A stretch of 64,000 nucleotides of DNA, taken from contig CM119265.1 of the NCBI GenBank assembly GCA_051294375.1, forward strand, positions 22,320,278-22,384,277. The letters are read 5' to 3'. The position numbers and the translations under genes were made by a program. Each line of letters starts with the position of its first letter. Within the stretch, counting starts at the first letter, position 1. Below the pieces are notes generated by a model. It had not been told where the DNA came from, did no database searches, and saw only the letters and a list, made by a program, of their open reading frames with translations. Source of the DNA: Paraspadella gotoi (lineage: Eukaryota > Animalia > Chaetognatha). Positions 1 to 12,590 of this stretch are shown here, one piece after another.

Positions 1-170
1 ATAGAAAAAAAACCAGTTTTTAAAACTTGTTTGAAATAATTCCTGTAAAAGGTTTTTGGTGTTCTTCCACCTTCAGAATATTTAAAAGAAGCGTACTTCA
101 AAGCCATGTTTAGTAAACTATTTACTGTATTTAATCTATCGGTATAACAATTATTTACCCATTTAAACAA

Positions 171-850
171 TAGAGCGTAGTGAAAGTTACGTACGAAAAT
201 TCTAAAAATCAATTATGAACAGCATACTATCAGTGAACATTAATTTGTAAAAAAAATTTTTTTTTTTAATTTTTACACATAGTATATAGTATATTATAGT
301 ATACAATGTATACTATACATAGTATATACAATGTATATACAATGTATACTATATATAGTACTAATTCAATAAATGGTGAAATATCAAAATAGTTTTTTGT
401 AAGATTTTTTTACAGATTTGGATTCGTCATGAAAAGTTGATATAAAAAAATATAACTCTTTTTTAAAAATTCTTTCATTATTAATTAAGTTATTAAGTTA
501 TTAATTAAGTTGGTCAAATATCAGAAAAAACTTATATTTTAAGCTCAAAATAAAAGATTTATATATTAAATATATAATTTTTTTAATTTAAACCCACTTA
601 ATGAAAGAGTTTTTAAAAATGATTTATATTTTCTTTTATTAACTTTTGACGAGAAAAATTAAGAAAAGCATATTTTGAAATTTTTCGATTTTATAAGGAT
701 AGTACTATAAATATAGCTTACTGTAATGCGTAAATTATAAAATTTATAATATAATTTTTTTATTCAGAAATGTTCATTAGTATAATGTTATTCGTTCCTC
801 ACTTTTAGAATTTCAATTAAAGTTAAATTTATAATTTTTACTACGCTATA
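171..850. mobile_element. hAT-type non-autonomous foldback MITE, copy 1
   Basis: Termini TAGAGCGTAGTGAAA...TTTTACTACGCTATA form imperfect TIRs. A perfect 8-bp TSD TTAAACAA lies at 163-170 and 851-858. The body is a long imperfect palindrome, and a homologous copy lies at 21986-22598. An 8-bp TSD with short TIRs is typical of hAT. Confidence 0.85.
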
Positions 851-898
851 TTAAACAATAAGGGTTTAGTCTTGCAGAGGTTTTCATGCGACTAATAC

Positions 899-1763
899 CT
901 GGACGGTTTGGGCGAGGGGACCGGAGATTTCGAAGGCTTCCCATCGCCATCATCAGTTTTGGTGGAGATCCCTTCCTTCTTGTTGCGAAAATTGGCCAGC
1001 GCGTCTTTGGTGACGAGCGGGCCGAAGCCGATCTTCTGGACGTGCTTCGTCCTGTCTTCCTCCGGTTTGGCGTCTTTAACGTCGTCGCCGCCGTCGTCGT
1101 CGCCGATTAACTAGTATCATAATGCACCAAATACAGAATGATAGCACATTGTTAAAATATGCACAAGTTTAAAGAAGAAGAGCTATCGCTGAGTCGAACC
1201 TTGACGAAGTTGGAGGGAAAGACGCCCGTTTTGTCGGGGACGCCATCTTCCTTGGCCTTTTTCCGTCCCTCCCACCAACCCTCTTCTACCTCGCGAAGAC
1301 CGTAGATGATCTCTCCAACTTTGAGATCCAACTCGTCGTCATTTTGGGCATTGTAGGAAAACGCAACCTACGAAATATCAAATAACCCGATACATTACAT
1401 AACGTAACATTATCTTTACGAAGCATTAAGTTTAACAGTTAGCTTGACATTTTTATCTAAAATATTGTAATATCCTGGTTTTGAAATTAATGGGATTTTT
1501 AAATTTTTTTAGATGTCCTCAAGGCAATGATAAATTTCTGTCTAGGCTTATCCTGAATTAGTACTTAGCAGGATAAGTTAACGTATGAAAGAAAAATAAT
1601 CATGATCAAATTCTATTTATTTTATTTATATTACAACGTTGCAATCCTGCCCAAATCAAATTCTAAAGAATATATGGAATTATTAAATATTTGAAAATAG
1701 TAAACTTACTTGACAACGTCGCTTTCTACTAGGATTAGCGCGTAAAACTTGACTAGATGCCAT
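899..1763 (-). CDS. SH3KBP1: SH3-domain adaptor, CIN85/CD2AP (cindr)-like; 5' exons only
   Basis: Exons 1763-1710 ([18 protein letters not shown], donor GTAAGT), 1367-1200 ([56 protein letters not shown], an SH3 domain) and 1110-899 (LIGDDDGG...[12 protein letters not shown]...SPVPSPKPS). Junctions are GT-AG and in frame. RRCQVAFSY..QNDDEL..KVG and EVEEGWWEG resemble SH3-B of CIN85/CD2AP, and the GFG motif resembles the SH3B-C linker. The 3' end probably lies left of the window; read-through to a TAG at 894-892 is the alternative. Confidence 0.8.
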
Positions 1764-2592
1764 TGTAGAGTCGAGAAAGTGATCAAGTTACAACAAAAAC
1801 GTTAGCGGAATGTCCGGAAGTGTAAGCAAACGGTGTTTTAAAACTCATTTTGATCCTTAGTGAGGAAGGAAGTTTCAATAAAAAGCTTTTAATATTCCAG
1901 TTAGCAATGCCTAAGGTTTCGCCTAAAAAGACCCATTCAAAAATTAATTACGAAATCATTGACCGAGAAACTATGCCACGCCCCTCATTCTGGTTTTTAA
2001 AACTGAAGACCGAGCCTTGGGTTTCTTCTTCGTCTGACTCTAAACTAAGGAAAAGTTTACAAGGAGCAGAATTGGATGAGTCACGCGTCCTGCGGTTTCG
2101 ACGACATATTCGTTCGCGAGGGAAAAAAAATATCCGGGGTTGTGTCTAGAGAAGTTGGCCAAAGAGTTGAGAGACGATCGAGCTTTGCTAGTTTGTGCTT
2201 CTCCGCAAACTTTTATTTATTTTTTTTTAAATAACGCGACGATAATAATTAACTAACTTGAATAAGAAAAACGAGCTCGTGGAAGGAGTTGGGAATTCTT
2301 CGAAAGCGTAAGAGAAACTGGAAGTGGAAAGAAGTCCAAGCCCCCGAGCTGGGGTCTGGTTTGGGAGAGTGACGCCATCCCTCGTCAGATGTCGCGACGA
2401 CCCAAGGAATTTCGAGACGATTTCAATATATTTCAAGGCATACCATAGATCATTTGTTTTCCCAAGGAATTACTAGGAAAAGGCTTACTTTTATTAAATA
2501 TTTGAATATATTGATTTATTAAAATCTTAAATTTGTTGTTATTAAGATTTATTGTAAGAGATACATTTTCATTTTTTCATTTTTTCCTTTTT

Positions 2593-2680
2593 TTTTCATT
2601 TTCATACATTTTCATTTTCATTTTCATTTTCATTTTCATTTTCATTTTCATTTTCATTTTCATTTTCATACATTTTCATG
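2593..2680. repeat. (ATTTTC)n hexanucleotide microsatellite
   Basis: Tandem CATTTT units read directly. Confidence 0.9.
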
Positions 2681-3244
2681 CGTTTATTGTCAAACATTTT
2701 CAACACCTTTTTTCCAATGTGAATTAGAAAGTCTGAAAGTGTTTTGAGCCATTTACTCGACCGTGCCAACAAAACAGATCGTGAAAAATTTCATTTCTAT
2801 TCTTAATCTTATCGAGTGATTTTTCGAGAGGAAAAGGAGCCAGCTTCCTACCCTAAAGGACGTCTTAACTAAAAATATTTAAAGGTTGGGAAGACTAAGC
2901 CGATTATTGGGAAAATTAGTATTCCCCTCGTAAATGAGTTTTAAGTAAAAACCGAATAGAAAGCGAGACAGAAAGACCGCAAAGACAAAGGAAAATCTTT
3001 AATTTAATATCTAGTTAACATATGCAATTCGCATTGATCGACCAGCAGAATATGTCGACATTTTGTTAGTAAAAAGTCAAATAACTACTCCTATTGGTAT
3101 TTTACAGGACTATTTACTGTTGAAAGTTTATAAATTTCAGTTACGAGTTCAAAGATTAAAGGCAAGCTTTTTTTGGCAAATCTCCAAATTGAATTAGCTT
3201 GATTTTTTGCTTTGGGAATCAGTCTGATCTATCAAAAACCTAAA

Positions 3245-4530
3245 ATGGACACAGTTATCGTAAAAGTGATGATAATTTTCGTTCTCCACTCCCCACTGAT
3301 TGCAGGTTAAATCCAATAAGTGCATAATCAAACAATTATATTCAAAAAAACGTTTTTTTACTTATTCTAGGTTGTCAAAAAACGTCAGAAAGGTTCGGCT
3401 ACGATCCACCAGACGATCTTACTGCTCACAACAATGGAATCAGAGAACCTAACCGATGGATACCGTGTTCAGAGGTAAAATTAGAAAGACGTTATTTCTT
3501 TATTAATAATGTGTTATTTTCTCTTAACATTTTCATGCTGGTGTTGGTAAACACATGTCGTACTTCCCCACTTCAATATCATAAATTTTGCAGCAGTAGT
3601 AAAAACGAAATTCATTATGTCTTGTTATCGAGATAGAATTTTTGAAAACTTTTTGGATAATAAATATGTTGATTTGTTTATTATGTTAAGTTTAAATAAC
3701 TTGGTATAAAATTAAAATATTTAGGTTTGTCTGGCTAAGGAAATTCCTCGAATAAGAGACGCCGTAACAAGAGTTGAGTCTTCTTCCAAAAAAGAATTCG
3801 ATACATTAAAGAAAGAATTTGAAGTTTTTAAAAATCTGTCGATGGAAAGGTGGGCGCGGATCGAAGCCAAGGTGATATAACGGGTTAATAGTTATCATAG
3901 AATCTATTCTAATATTCGATTTGAACTCTTAGTTGGCCCAAAACCAAGAAAGATTAATGAATTTTACGGATGAGTCCTTGGAATATTTTTGTTCAAGCGA
4001 CGACGACAACTGTAAAACCGCTTTTGTGACAAAAGAATTCGGCCCAACTGTAAGCTCCTTGCCTTTTTATATCGGGTAAAAAATTGAAGGTGATGAAGAA
4101 TTGAATATAACAACTTAGGAAAACCAATTCTTATGTTCCTTAGGTTTTCTAGTTCCTCGCCCATTACCGTCACCAAGATGGGGTTTAGAGTTTCGAATGT
4201 CGCTGAGGTCCAAATCTCCGATGTTGACGGAAAAAACCTGACTTTCCATGTCGTAGCGTCCAACGAAGCCCGTTGTGGGGCCAGATTCGATTCTATTGAT
4301 TGGACCCTACTATACCGCAGAACGGATAGGGTTTTCTCAGGTTAGTATATAATTTATAAACACGTTTAAACAACTTTAAATCATTTTAATTTCAAATAGG
4401 CGCAAGAGTGGAAGCCAACATTTCTGAATTCGATCGCGAAGCTTTTCTTTGTTACGCAATAAAATTTAATGTTGATCTGGAGGCAAATTTTATTGTTTCG
4501 AGCATTAAGATTAAAAGTATAGAAATTTAA
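3245..4530 (+). CDS. Secreted 260-aa protein: signal peptide, coiled coil and putative discoidin/galactose-binding-like beta-sandwich
   Basis: Six exons (3245-3305, 3371-3474, 3725-3871, 3933-4075, 4144-4340, 4400-4530) total 783 nt, all GT-AG and phase-compatible, with no internal stop and a final TAA. The N-terminus MDTVIVKVMIIFVLHSPLIAG is hydrophobic. Helical segment: RIRDAVTRVESSSKKEFDTLKKEFEVFKNLSMERWARIEAKLAQNQERL. C-terminal strands: LPFYIGF..PITVTKMGFR..FHVVASN..WTLLY..FLCYAIKF..VSSIKI. ATTAAA follows the stop. The domain call is inference. Confidence 0.85.
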
Positions 4531-4832
4531 TTAAAGCGTATTTGTTCAATATTGTTTTCTTGCGAGATCTTGTTCATCAATAGCGAATCCATCGCAATGC
4601 CTTTTGTTTCGTGATTAATTTTCACAAAAGAGTTCGTTAGTTGTTTTGTTTCTTCGATGAAAACAAGTTAGCAGTGGAGGAAGAGGAGGAAAGGCAACGA
4701 AAAGGAGGAAAAGGGGATGAGCGTCCATGGAAAGTGTCCTTTTCTGACAACGAGCCATGACTGTCGAGCAAGAAGAGGAGGAGTCAAGCCGCCTCAGTCG
4801 AGAAAGAGAAGGGGGATGAGAGAGAGGGGGTG

Positions 4833-4953
<121 letters not shown>

Positions 4954-5335
4954 ACGCCACACTCTCGCGCACGACACACACATGCACACAAGAGGCGACG
5001 GAGGAAAGGAGAGAGAGAGAGCGAAAAACTCAGCTCCCCCCGTATGTAGTCGCTTCTTTTCCTTTTTTCTAAACAAGATGGCTTCTCGGCCTCGGCGCCG
5101 CTCGGAATTTTCGACGAGAAGACGAAAACTGAAAAACCAAAGAAACTGAGAGGAAATATTGAGTCAACTGGACACAATTCAACAAGAAAAACTCCGTAAC
5201 TACAAAAAGGAAAGGGACGGAGAAAGGAATTTCGTCTTTTCGCGTTCCGGTTGGGATTTTGATGTTCGCCTCCGACGGGAGTTTCGACGAAAGTGTCGAC
5301 GACGTTAGTTCGGAGGCGTCATCGTCGACGACATC

Positions 5336-5405
5336 ATGTCTCACCACGACAGTCAGTACGTGGGACCCTATCGCCTGGAAAAGACGCTGGGAAAGGGACA
5401 GACGG
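5336..5405 (+). CDS. BRSK: BR serine/threonine kinase (BRSK/SAD-1/sff), coding exon 1
   Basis: MSHHDSQYVGPYRLEKTLGKGQT-G carries the diagnostic SAD-kinase N-terminus and Gly-rich loop. In-frame TAG upstream at 5306-5308; donor G|GTACGT, phase 1. Confidence 0.95.
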
Positions 5406-6095
5406 GTACGTATGGGCTTTTTCTTTCTTTTCTTTTTTTTTTTTTTTGCTTGCGCCGGTCGTATGGGGATAAACGATCGGCGAAGTGGCTATTAAAATAA
5501 TGTTTAATAGTGTTCGGACTTGACCGTACATTTGCATAAGTTAAATTTTAGTAATGACTTTAATCAATCAGTCACTTACAAATTCCTTTTTCGTAACCAT
5601 GACACTTTATGTTACGTGGTGACATTAACTTACATTCCGTAAAATAAAATTTTTAAAATGGACCCAGCTTGGAATCAAATAATTTTTTTCACATCGCGAA
5701 AATCGCCGAGAGATATTTTCCTCAAACTACGACGAACGAAAAAAAACTTTATTTTCGCCTTCGGCTTCGTTTCAAACATTTTCTATAGGATTACTTTATT
5801 CATTTTCGACAGAATGAAATTCATTTCAAACAAACTGGTTTCACAAGAAAGAATTATAAATCAAAATTTAAAAATGAACGAACATGTAAATCAACAAAAG
5901 GATTATTGTAACGTCGGTGTTTTCGTTTTGAATTCAGGGAATACTTCAATTGCTTTTCCTCATCATTTCGTACAAACAAACGTTTCTTTATTTTTTGGAC
6001 GGTCTCTCTCTTTCACACACACACACACGCACACACACTCTCTGTCTCTCTCTCTTCCTTACTCTTCTCTCTTCTCTATTCTCTCTTCTCTCTCT

Positions 6096-6157
<62 letters not shown>

Positions 6158-6654
6158 CTCCCTCTCTCTCCCTCTCTTTCTCTCTCCACTCTTTCTCTCT
6201 TTCGCTCTCTCACCATATTTGTTCTAATCCATTTCTATTATATGACAATCTCTATATCTTTTCACAATTTATTATTCTTTTTGGGCTCAGTCTCGCAACG
6301 TCAAATTTTCCTTCCCTTAACGTTTCTTACTCATTCTCGCATAAAGAGAAAAAGGCCAGGGATGATTTCAAGGCTTTTTCGCCCACGAAAAAAATTCGCA
6401 TCTCTTTTATATTTCTTTACGATTTATTGAATCATTGACAATTCCCGCCTGATTGGTCGGTCAGTCAACGGTTGAAAGAACGAGAAAAAAATTATTTCCA
6501 AGCAAATGAAGAAAAGAGTAAAAAAATGAAAAAAGAAAGAAAGAAAAAATGAGAATAAGGAAGAAATAAGCGGAAACTAAACACTGAAGATTAATCATAA
6601 TACCAGTCACCCTAATCTCTCTCTCTCGTTATCAACAATTAAGCCTCTCTATCT

Positions 6655-6734
<80 letters not shown>

Positions 6735-7512
6735 CTCTCTCTCTCTCTCTGTATGTATGTTATTTTAATACAGCTTCGTTAATTCTGCTCAAACTACATC
6801 GTCCATTTTCCCGTCGTCATTTTCTATCGATTTGAGGCTCCTTCTTCTCTTGGGTTCGCTCACTCGTTAACTCCTTCTTTGTACTTTGTAGCTCTTTTGT
6901 TTGTATTCCGAATGTTTTTCTTTGCCAGGTGTCGCTTTTGTTTGTTTATGTTTGAAAATCTCCTTTTCTCTTTTAAACCTTTTACATTTTTTTTTCATTT
7001 TAACTTTTGTTTACTCTTTCTTCCATTTTTCTTGCTTTAAACCTTTCGTTTGTTTTTTCACCCTTTCCCCCGACCTATTAACTCTCCGCCCTGCTCATAA
7101 CTCTCTTTTTTGACTCTCTCTCTCTTCGTTTTTGGTCGGTTAATTTTTTTTTTTTAACCAGAGCGCAATATATTTTTTTTTCTTCGGCACAGTATTTTCT
7201 TTTCAATTCTTTTTTCGCTCGAGAGATATTTTCTCTTTCTTTTTCTTTCTCTTCTTCTTCTTCATCTTCATCGCATCTCACTTCCGGTTTTCTTTCTCCG
7301 TTCATCGTCGTCTGTTTGTTTACATCCTCATTTGTTTGTTTACTCTTTATTCGCTTCGCTTCGTCCTCGCTTCTATATTTCTTTTTCTCCCCGCTAGGAT
7401 GTCACATCAAAATCATTTTCTTCACTTTTTTCCTTCTCCACGAAAGCGAGGATCACGTGATTCGATATTACTTTTCCTTTAGCAGGTAATAAAATCTCCT
7501 TGTTCTTGTCGA

Positions 7513-7589
<77 letters not shown>

Positions 7590-8566
7590 TCTGTCCTTTT
7601 CTCTCCATCTCTCCCTTTTTCTCCCGATTCGCATGTTTTCCGTCGAATGCTACGGTCTTTGGCCAGGCGGATTCTTCGTGCGCTGGATCCCCAGCCGCCG
7701 CTGCCGCCGCCGCTTCTGCCGCCGCCCGCCGCCGTCCGTCCACAGCAGCTGCAGCAGCCGCTTTATGGACGTTAAAACCTCCGCTGCAACACCGGATCCT
7801 TTCTCTCCTCCTCCTTTTCTTTCCTTTTTCCTTCTCCCCCTCTCACTCCCCCCTTTTCGGGTCCACGGCGTCCCGTCGCAGCCAGTCGGCGGTGGCGGCG
7901 GCGGCGGCGGGGGCGGCGGCGGCGGCGGCGACCCATTTGCCTCTCGTTTCCATTCTTCGTTCCGTAGATCCTCCCGATTTCCAACGATTCACTCTCTCTT
8001 TCTCTCTCTTTCTCTCTCTATCTCTCTCTCTGTCTCTCTCTGTCTCTCTCCCTTTCTCTCTCTTCCTATCTCTCTTGTTCAACCCGTGGGATATTGAGAA
8101 AGAAAAAAAATCTAGACGGCCCAGAGAGTCACGATGGTTTCTCGCGCGCTTCCCCTCGCCCTGCCACCCACTCTTCCCACCTCATTCCTTCCTTCGCACG
8201 CACGACGCATGCGCGTGCAAAGGCGGGACGGCTGCGTGCGCGCGCGGATTCGGAGTTAACGAGGCCGAGCGATGAGAGTGAGAAGAATGAGATTCAGCGG
8301 CGAGGGAAAAGAAAAAAAAAAGAAAGAGAGAGAGTGAGAGAGAGAAAGAGAGAGAGAGAGAGGAAAGAAAGGAAGAGTTCTTTTTTTCCCTTTTTTTTCT
8401 TTTCCTTTCATCCCAGGGCTTTGAATCGAAAAAGACGCGTTCAAAGTCAAGTCGCGGTCCGGGGAGGTGGAAAAGATGATGTGAGAAACGCGAAAAAGAG
8501 AGAGAGAGTGAGAGAGAGAGAGAACAAAGAAGAGAGAGAGAGAATCATAGAGAGAGAGAGGGGAGA

Positions 8567-8611
<45 letters not shown>

Positions 8612-8696
8612 GACGAGCGAGAGAGAGAAGAGAGAGAGAGACGAGGAATAGTAGAAGAGAAGAGAACAGAGCAGAGAGAGAGAGAGCAAGAGAGAG

Positions 8697-8734
<38 letters not shown>

Positions 8735-9359
8735 AGGAGAGAGAGAGAGAGAGAAGGAGAGAGAGATAGGAGACCCGCGAAACTCGGGAAGATTTTCTTT
8801 TCTCAAAAATGGGGACGTCATTAACGGAGGAACTTGGAGGCGATTGGCCAATCGATCAATCACTGGACGCGATGGCGTCGCCTTGACGACGTCGACCAAA
8901 AATAGAATTAAACTTGGTCGATGTTTGGACTCCTGACGTTGGCGTTGGGTAAAAGTTTGCAAAAATAAAGGAACAAATATGAAATTAAATTATCGTTGGT
9001 CGACGGAAATCTTAGTCACCGTTAATGTCTTTCAATGAGAGAATCTCTGTTGAAGACTGATGGAGATTTGTCGTTCGAAGGTTCGAGCTTTTCCTTTTTT
9101 TACCGCAGCGGATGAAAGAAACCAATAGAGACCCTTTTCGGCCATTGCGACGGACGAATTCGGCGGCGACGATCGATCGCAACGCCATCTCACCTCCGGC
9201 GTCCGATCCTCGTCACTCAAATGACAATCCGAGACCAGCGAGGGCGTTGGCTCCAAATCCAAGGGGGCCGATCGTGAAATCTATTAACTTTTTTTTCGAT
9301 CGTTTAAATTTAGATTGTATGTTTTGTGATCGTTTTGTCGAACGATAAGCCAATTGATT

Positions 9360-9456
9360 AATGAATGAATGAATGAATGAATGAATGAATGAATGAATGA
9401 ATGAATGAATGAATGAATGAATGAATGAATGAACGAATGAATGAATGAATGAATGA
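9360..9456. repeat. (TGAA)n microsatellite
   Basis: Read directly. Confidence 0.95.
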
Positions 9457-9553
9457 AAATTTAAAGGAACAAATAAATTCATGGGTGAAAAGAAAATTTA
9501 CTCATAAAATCGCTTGTTGAAATAATTAGTCTCAACAAGTCACAACAATTGCC

Positions 9554-9595
<42 letters not shown>

Positions 9596-11182
9596 CTCTC
9601 TCTCTTACTCTTCTCCTCACTCTGCGAATGAGTTCGCTCGAGGATGAAGGCCTTTGAAAAGACCCCTTGTAGTTGTTGTTGTCGTCGCCGTCGTCGTTCG
9701 AACGTCTTTTGTTTTTCTCCGCGGGAGGGCGAGGTTTTCAAAAGCTCGTAATGCGTCGGCCATAATCCGTGCATCCGTCCGTCCGTCCCCTCCCATTCAT
9801 CTCTTTCTCATTCGTCGAAAAGACGTAAAAACAGATCTGTACGTAGAGGCGGGGAGGCATCTTTTTAAGTCAAAGTTTTTTGCTCAGGGTCTGTCTTCAT
9901 TACAAAGGTACATAACATAGTTGAAATTTAATTTCACAGTCATCGATGTTAAAGTTAAGCACTATGTATTCGTTTTTTAATCAATATTTGCAAAGACGAT
10001 ATAAAATTTCTTTTCGACTTAAGATGGTTAAAATAATAATTACCATTCGTCGTCTCATCTTTTCTCGTTACCCTTTTCAAAACCAAAAGTTTTCAAGGTT
10101 TTCGTTAATCTTCGTTAAAGACGATCGTTAGAGAAAAACTTAAACTTCAGCATCAACAAACAACATCGACGACCCCATCAACAATAACGACTCCAGCGCT
10201 AATCGGCGTCAAAAAACGACTACAACGAAAACGAGGCTCGAGACTCGAATTCGTCCAACTTCTTCTTTTTCTTCTTCGACAACAAATCCCTTCCCTTTCC
10301 TTTTCTGCTCGTGACCTTGGCAACGACCAAACGAGTCTTTCTGCAAATCGGGAGCCGTGACGCATTCGTATTCTTGTCTCTCTTCCTCTTTCCTCGATTT
10401 TGTATGCTTATTAGACAACCATTTCTTCACTTCCCTCTATATATTTCCTTTCCTGATGCGCCACTTCTCCTTTCACCATATATTCGCTGTTTGGTATATT
10501 ACGTAATTGGACTTTCAACTATCGACCTCGTATTATTAGCCATTTATAATCCTCTCCCTATTTTCCTTTTTCTTTTTATTTGCCTTTCATACCTCTTAAT
10601 CTTTTTTTTTCTTTTTCTTTCACCCACCATCTTCTCTTCCTTAAATCTTCATCCACTCCTTACTCCAGACTCCATCTTCTTCCTCGTTACTTACTCCACT
10701 AATTTCTTCGCTCCTCTTTCTTCGCTCCTCTCAGTCTCGACTGTCACGCTCTAGATGCTCGACGCTCAGAGATTGGCGCCGCCCCCCTCCCTCAGCTCCC
10801 TCAACCACTCATCCACCACATAACCCAATATATTCAGTCCCCCTGACCCCAACTCCCCCTTCCCTCTCCCACCCGCCCTCCGACGGGCGTCTCGAGTCTC
10901 GCGTCATCCGTTCTCGGTTAAAAGCATTCCTTCCCATTTCCTTCCGTCTCGATAACCACAACCCGGGTCGTGGGTCTCTTCAACTCGCCCACCTTCCAAA
11001 ACCCACAACCCGCCCACGCCAACCGCTCGCCAACTCGAGACGACGTCTTCCGGGAAAAATTTAGGTTTCGAGGTCGATGGGGGGGAGGTGAAAGAAAGGG
11101 GGGGGTGTGAGAGGGGAAAGATGTTAGGTGAGAAACGGAGGAAAGGAAAGTGACCGGTAGATTGGACACCAGTCGACGAGTC

Positions 11183-11213
<31 letters not shown>

Positions 11214-11906
11214 GAAAAGAAAGTAGAAAGAAATGAAGAGAAAAGAAAAGAAAAGAAAGAAAAGAAAAAAGAAAAGAAAAGAAAAAGAAAGAAAGAAAAG
11301 AAAAGAAAAAACGAAAAAAAAAACATATAGGACGGAAATGAAAATAGAGTGAGCGACCACTAAAACTCACGAGAAAACGCCGACACGAGCTCTGTGAAAG
11401 ACTACACTCTCGCGTTGAGGGCGATAAAAACGGCCATTAAAAGACCACAAGCAAACGGGCGAATAGGCGATCGCCGCTCGTAAAACGCGGCGATTCGCCG
11501 TAAGACATACCATTCGCCCTTTAAGCCTCGCGACTTGAGGCACCTCGCGGAAGAAATGCGGTGGGCAGATCGAAAAAGGGAAGTCAAGAGAACGCAGTTG
11601 TGGCTCTTTCGAGTTGGTACCTCCGTTGTTGTTGTTGTTTGGTTAGTTGTTGTTGTCTATTTTTACGGTCACTCGGCCCTTTTAAAAATTCAACCACCAA
11701 AATCGTCGTCGTCGTCGTGTCGCGGTCGTCGTCGTCGTCCGTGTCGTTTTTTTTTTCCCCCTCATCGGAAATTTATATATAACAATATGAACTTTTTTTC
11801 ATGCCGCGGCGGGACAATTTTTATTTTTATTTAACTAGAATTTTTTGAGGACAGAAATCTGTAATTTTTGACAATCAATGACGAGAGTGACGATATGACG
11901 ATGATT

Positions 11907-11939
<33 letters not shown>

Positions 11940-12554
11940 TTTTGTGACGCAACCGGCAAAAACGACATGACGTCTTTCGAAGGAAATATGCAAATCGGTT
12001 TCGATTCTCTTATTTTACATTCTTTTTTCTTTTGTCCGGATTCTCTGGCTTTTTAAGGCGTTGTCCAATTCAAGTAATAATATTTTTTTGTATTCAGACT
12101 AGATGGGAAGCTTGGTTACTGTGTGGGTTCGGAAGATCGCCATTGCCATTTTGAGACATCATTGTGTTTGATTATTTTCTTGTATTTAATGATTTACAAT
12201 GAAGCTGATGAATTTCCAATTTCTTCTTCCTCGTTCGATTCCTGCTTTTCGTTAGTTCGTTTGATTTGATTCTTCTGGTTGCTCATCGAATCAAGGCAAC
12301 AGCGCTGCTGGATGTCTGGTAAAACACTGTCGGCGAATCTATTGCTTACTACTATCCATCAATTACACCAGAAATCCTCCCACAATGTTTGCGTTTATTT
12401 TCCTTTTGATCGATCGTAAATCTCTTCGATTCAATTCTTTTCTCTCTTTTGTTTGTTTACGCCAACGACTTCCGATTTTGACCGCAGTTCCCGTCGAGCA
12501 GCACCAGTCTTCTTTTTCCTTCCTCATTTTTCATTCCCACGACGCATTTTGATC

Positions 12555-12590
<36 letters not shown>

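Noticed and set aside
1850-2490. Possible extra upstream exons of the SH3 gene
   Set aside because: Splice-like signals exist, but I found no consistent frame or homology linking them to exon 1763-1710.
12050-12360. Minus-strand VSNRF-containing stretch as a LINE ORF1 relic or nested exon
   Set aside because: It is a single short motif interrupted by stops, which is insufficient evidence.
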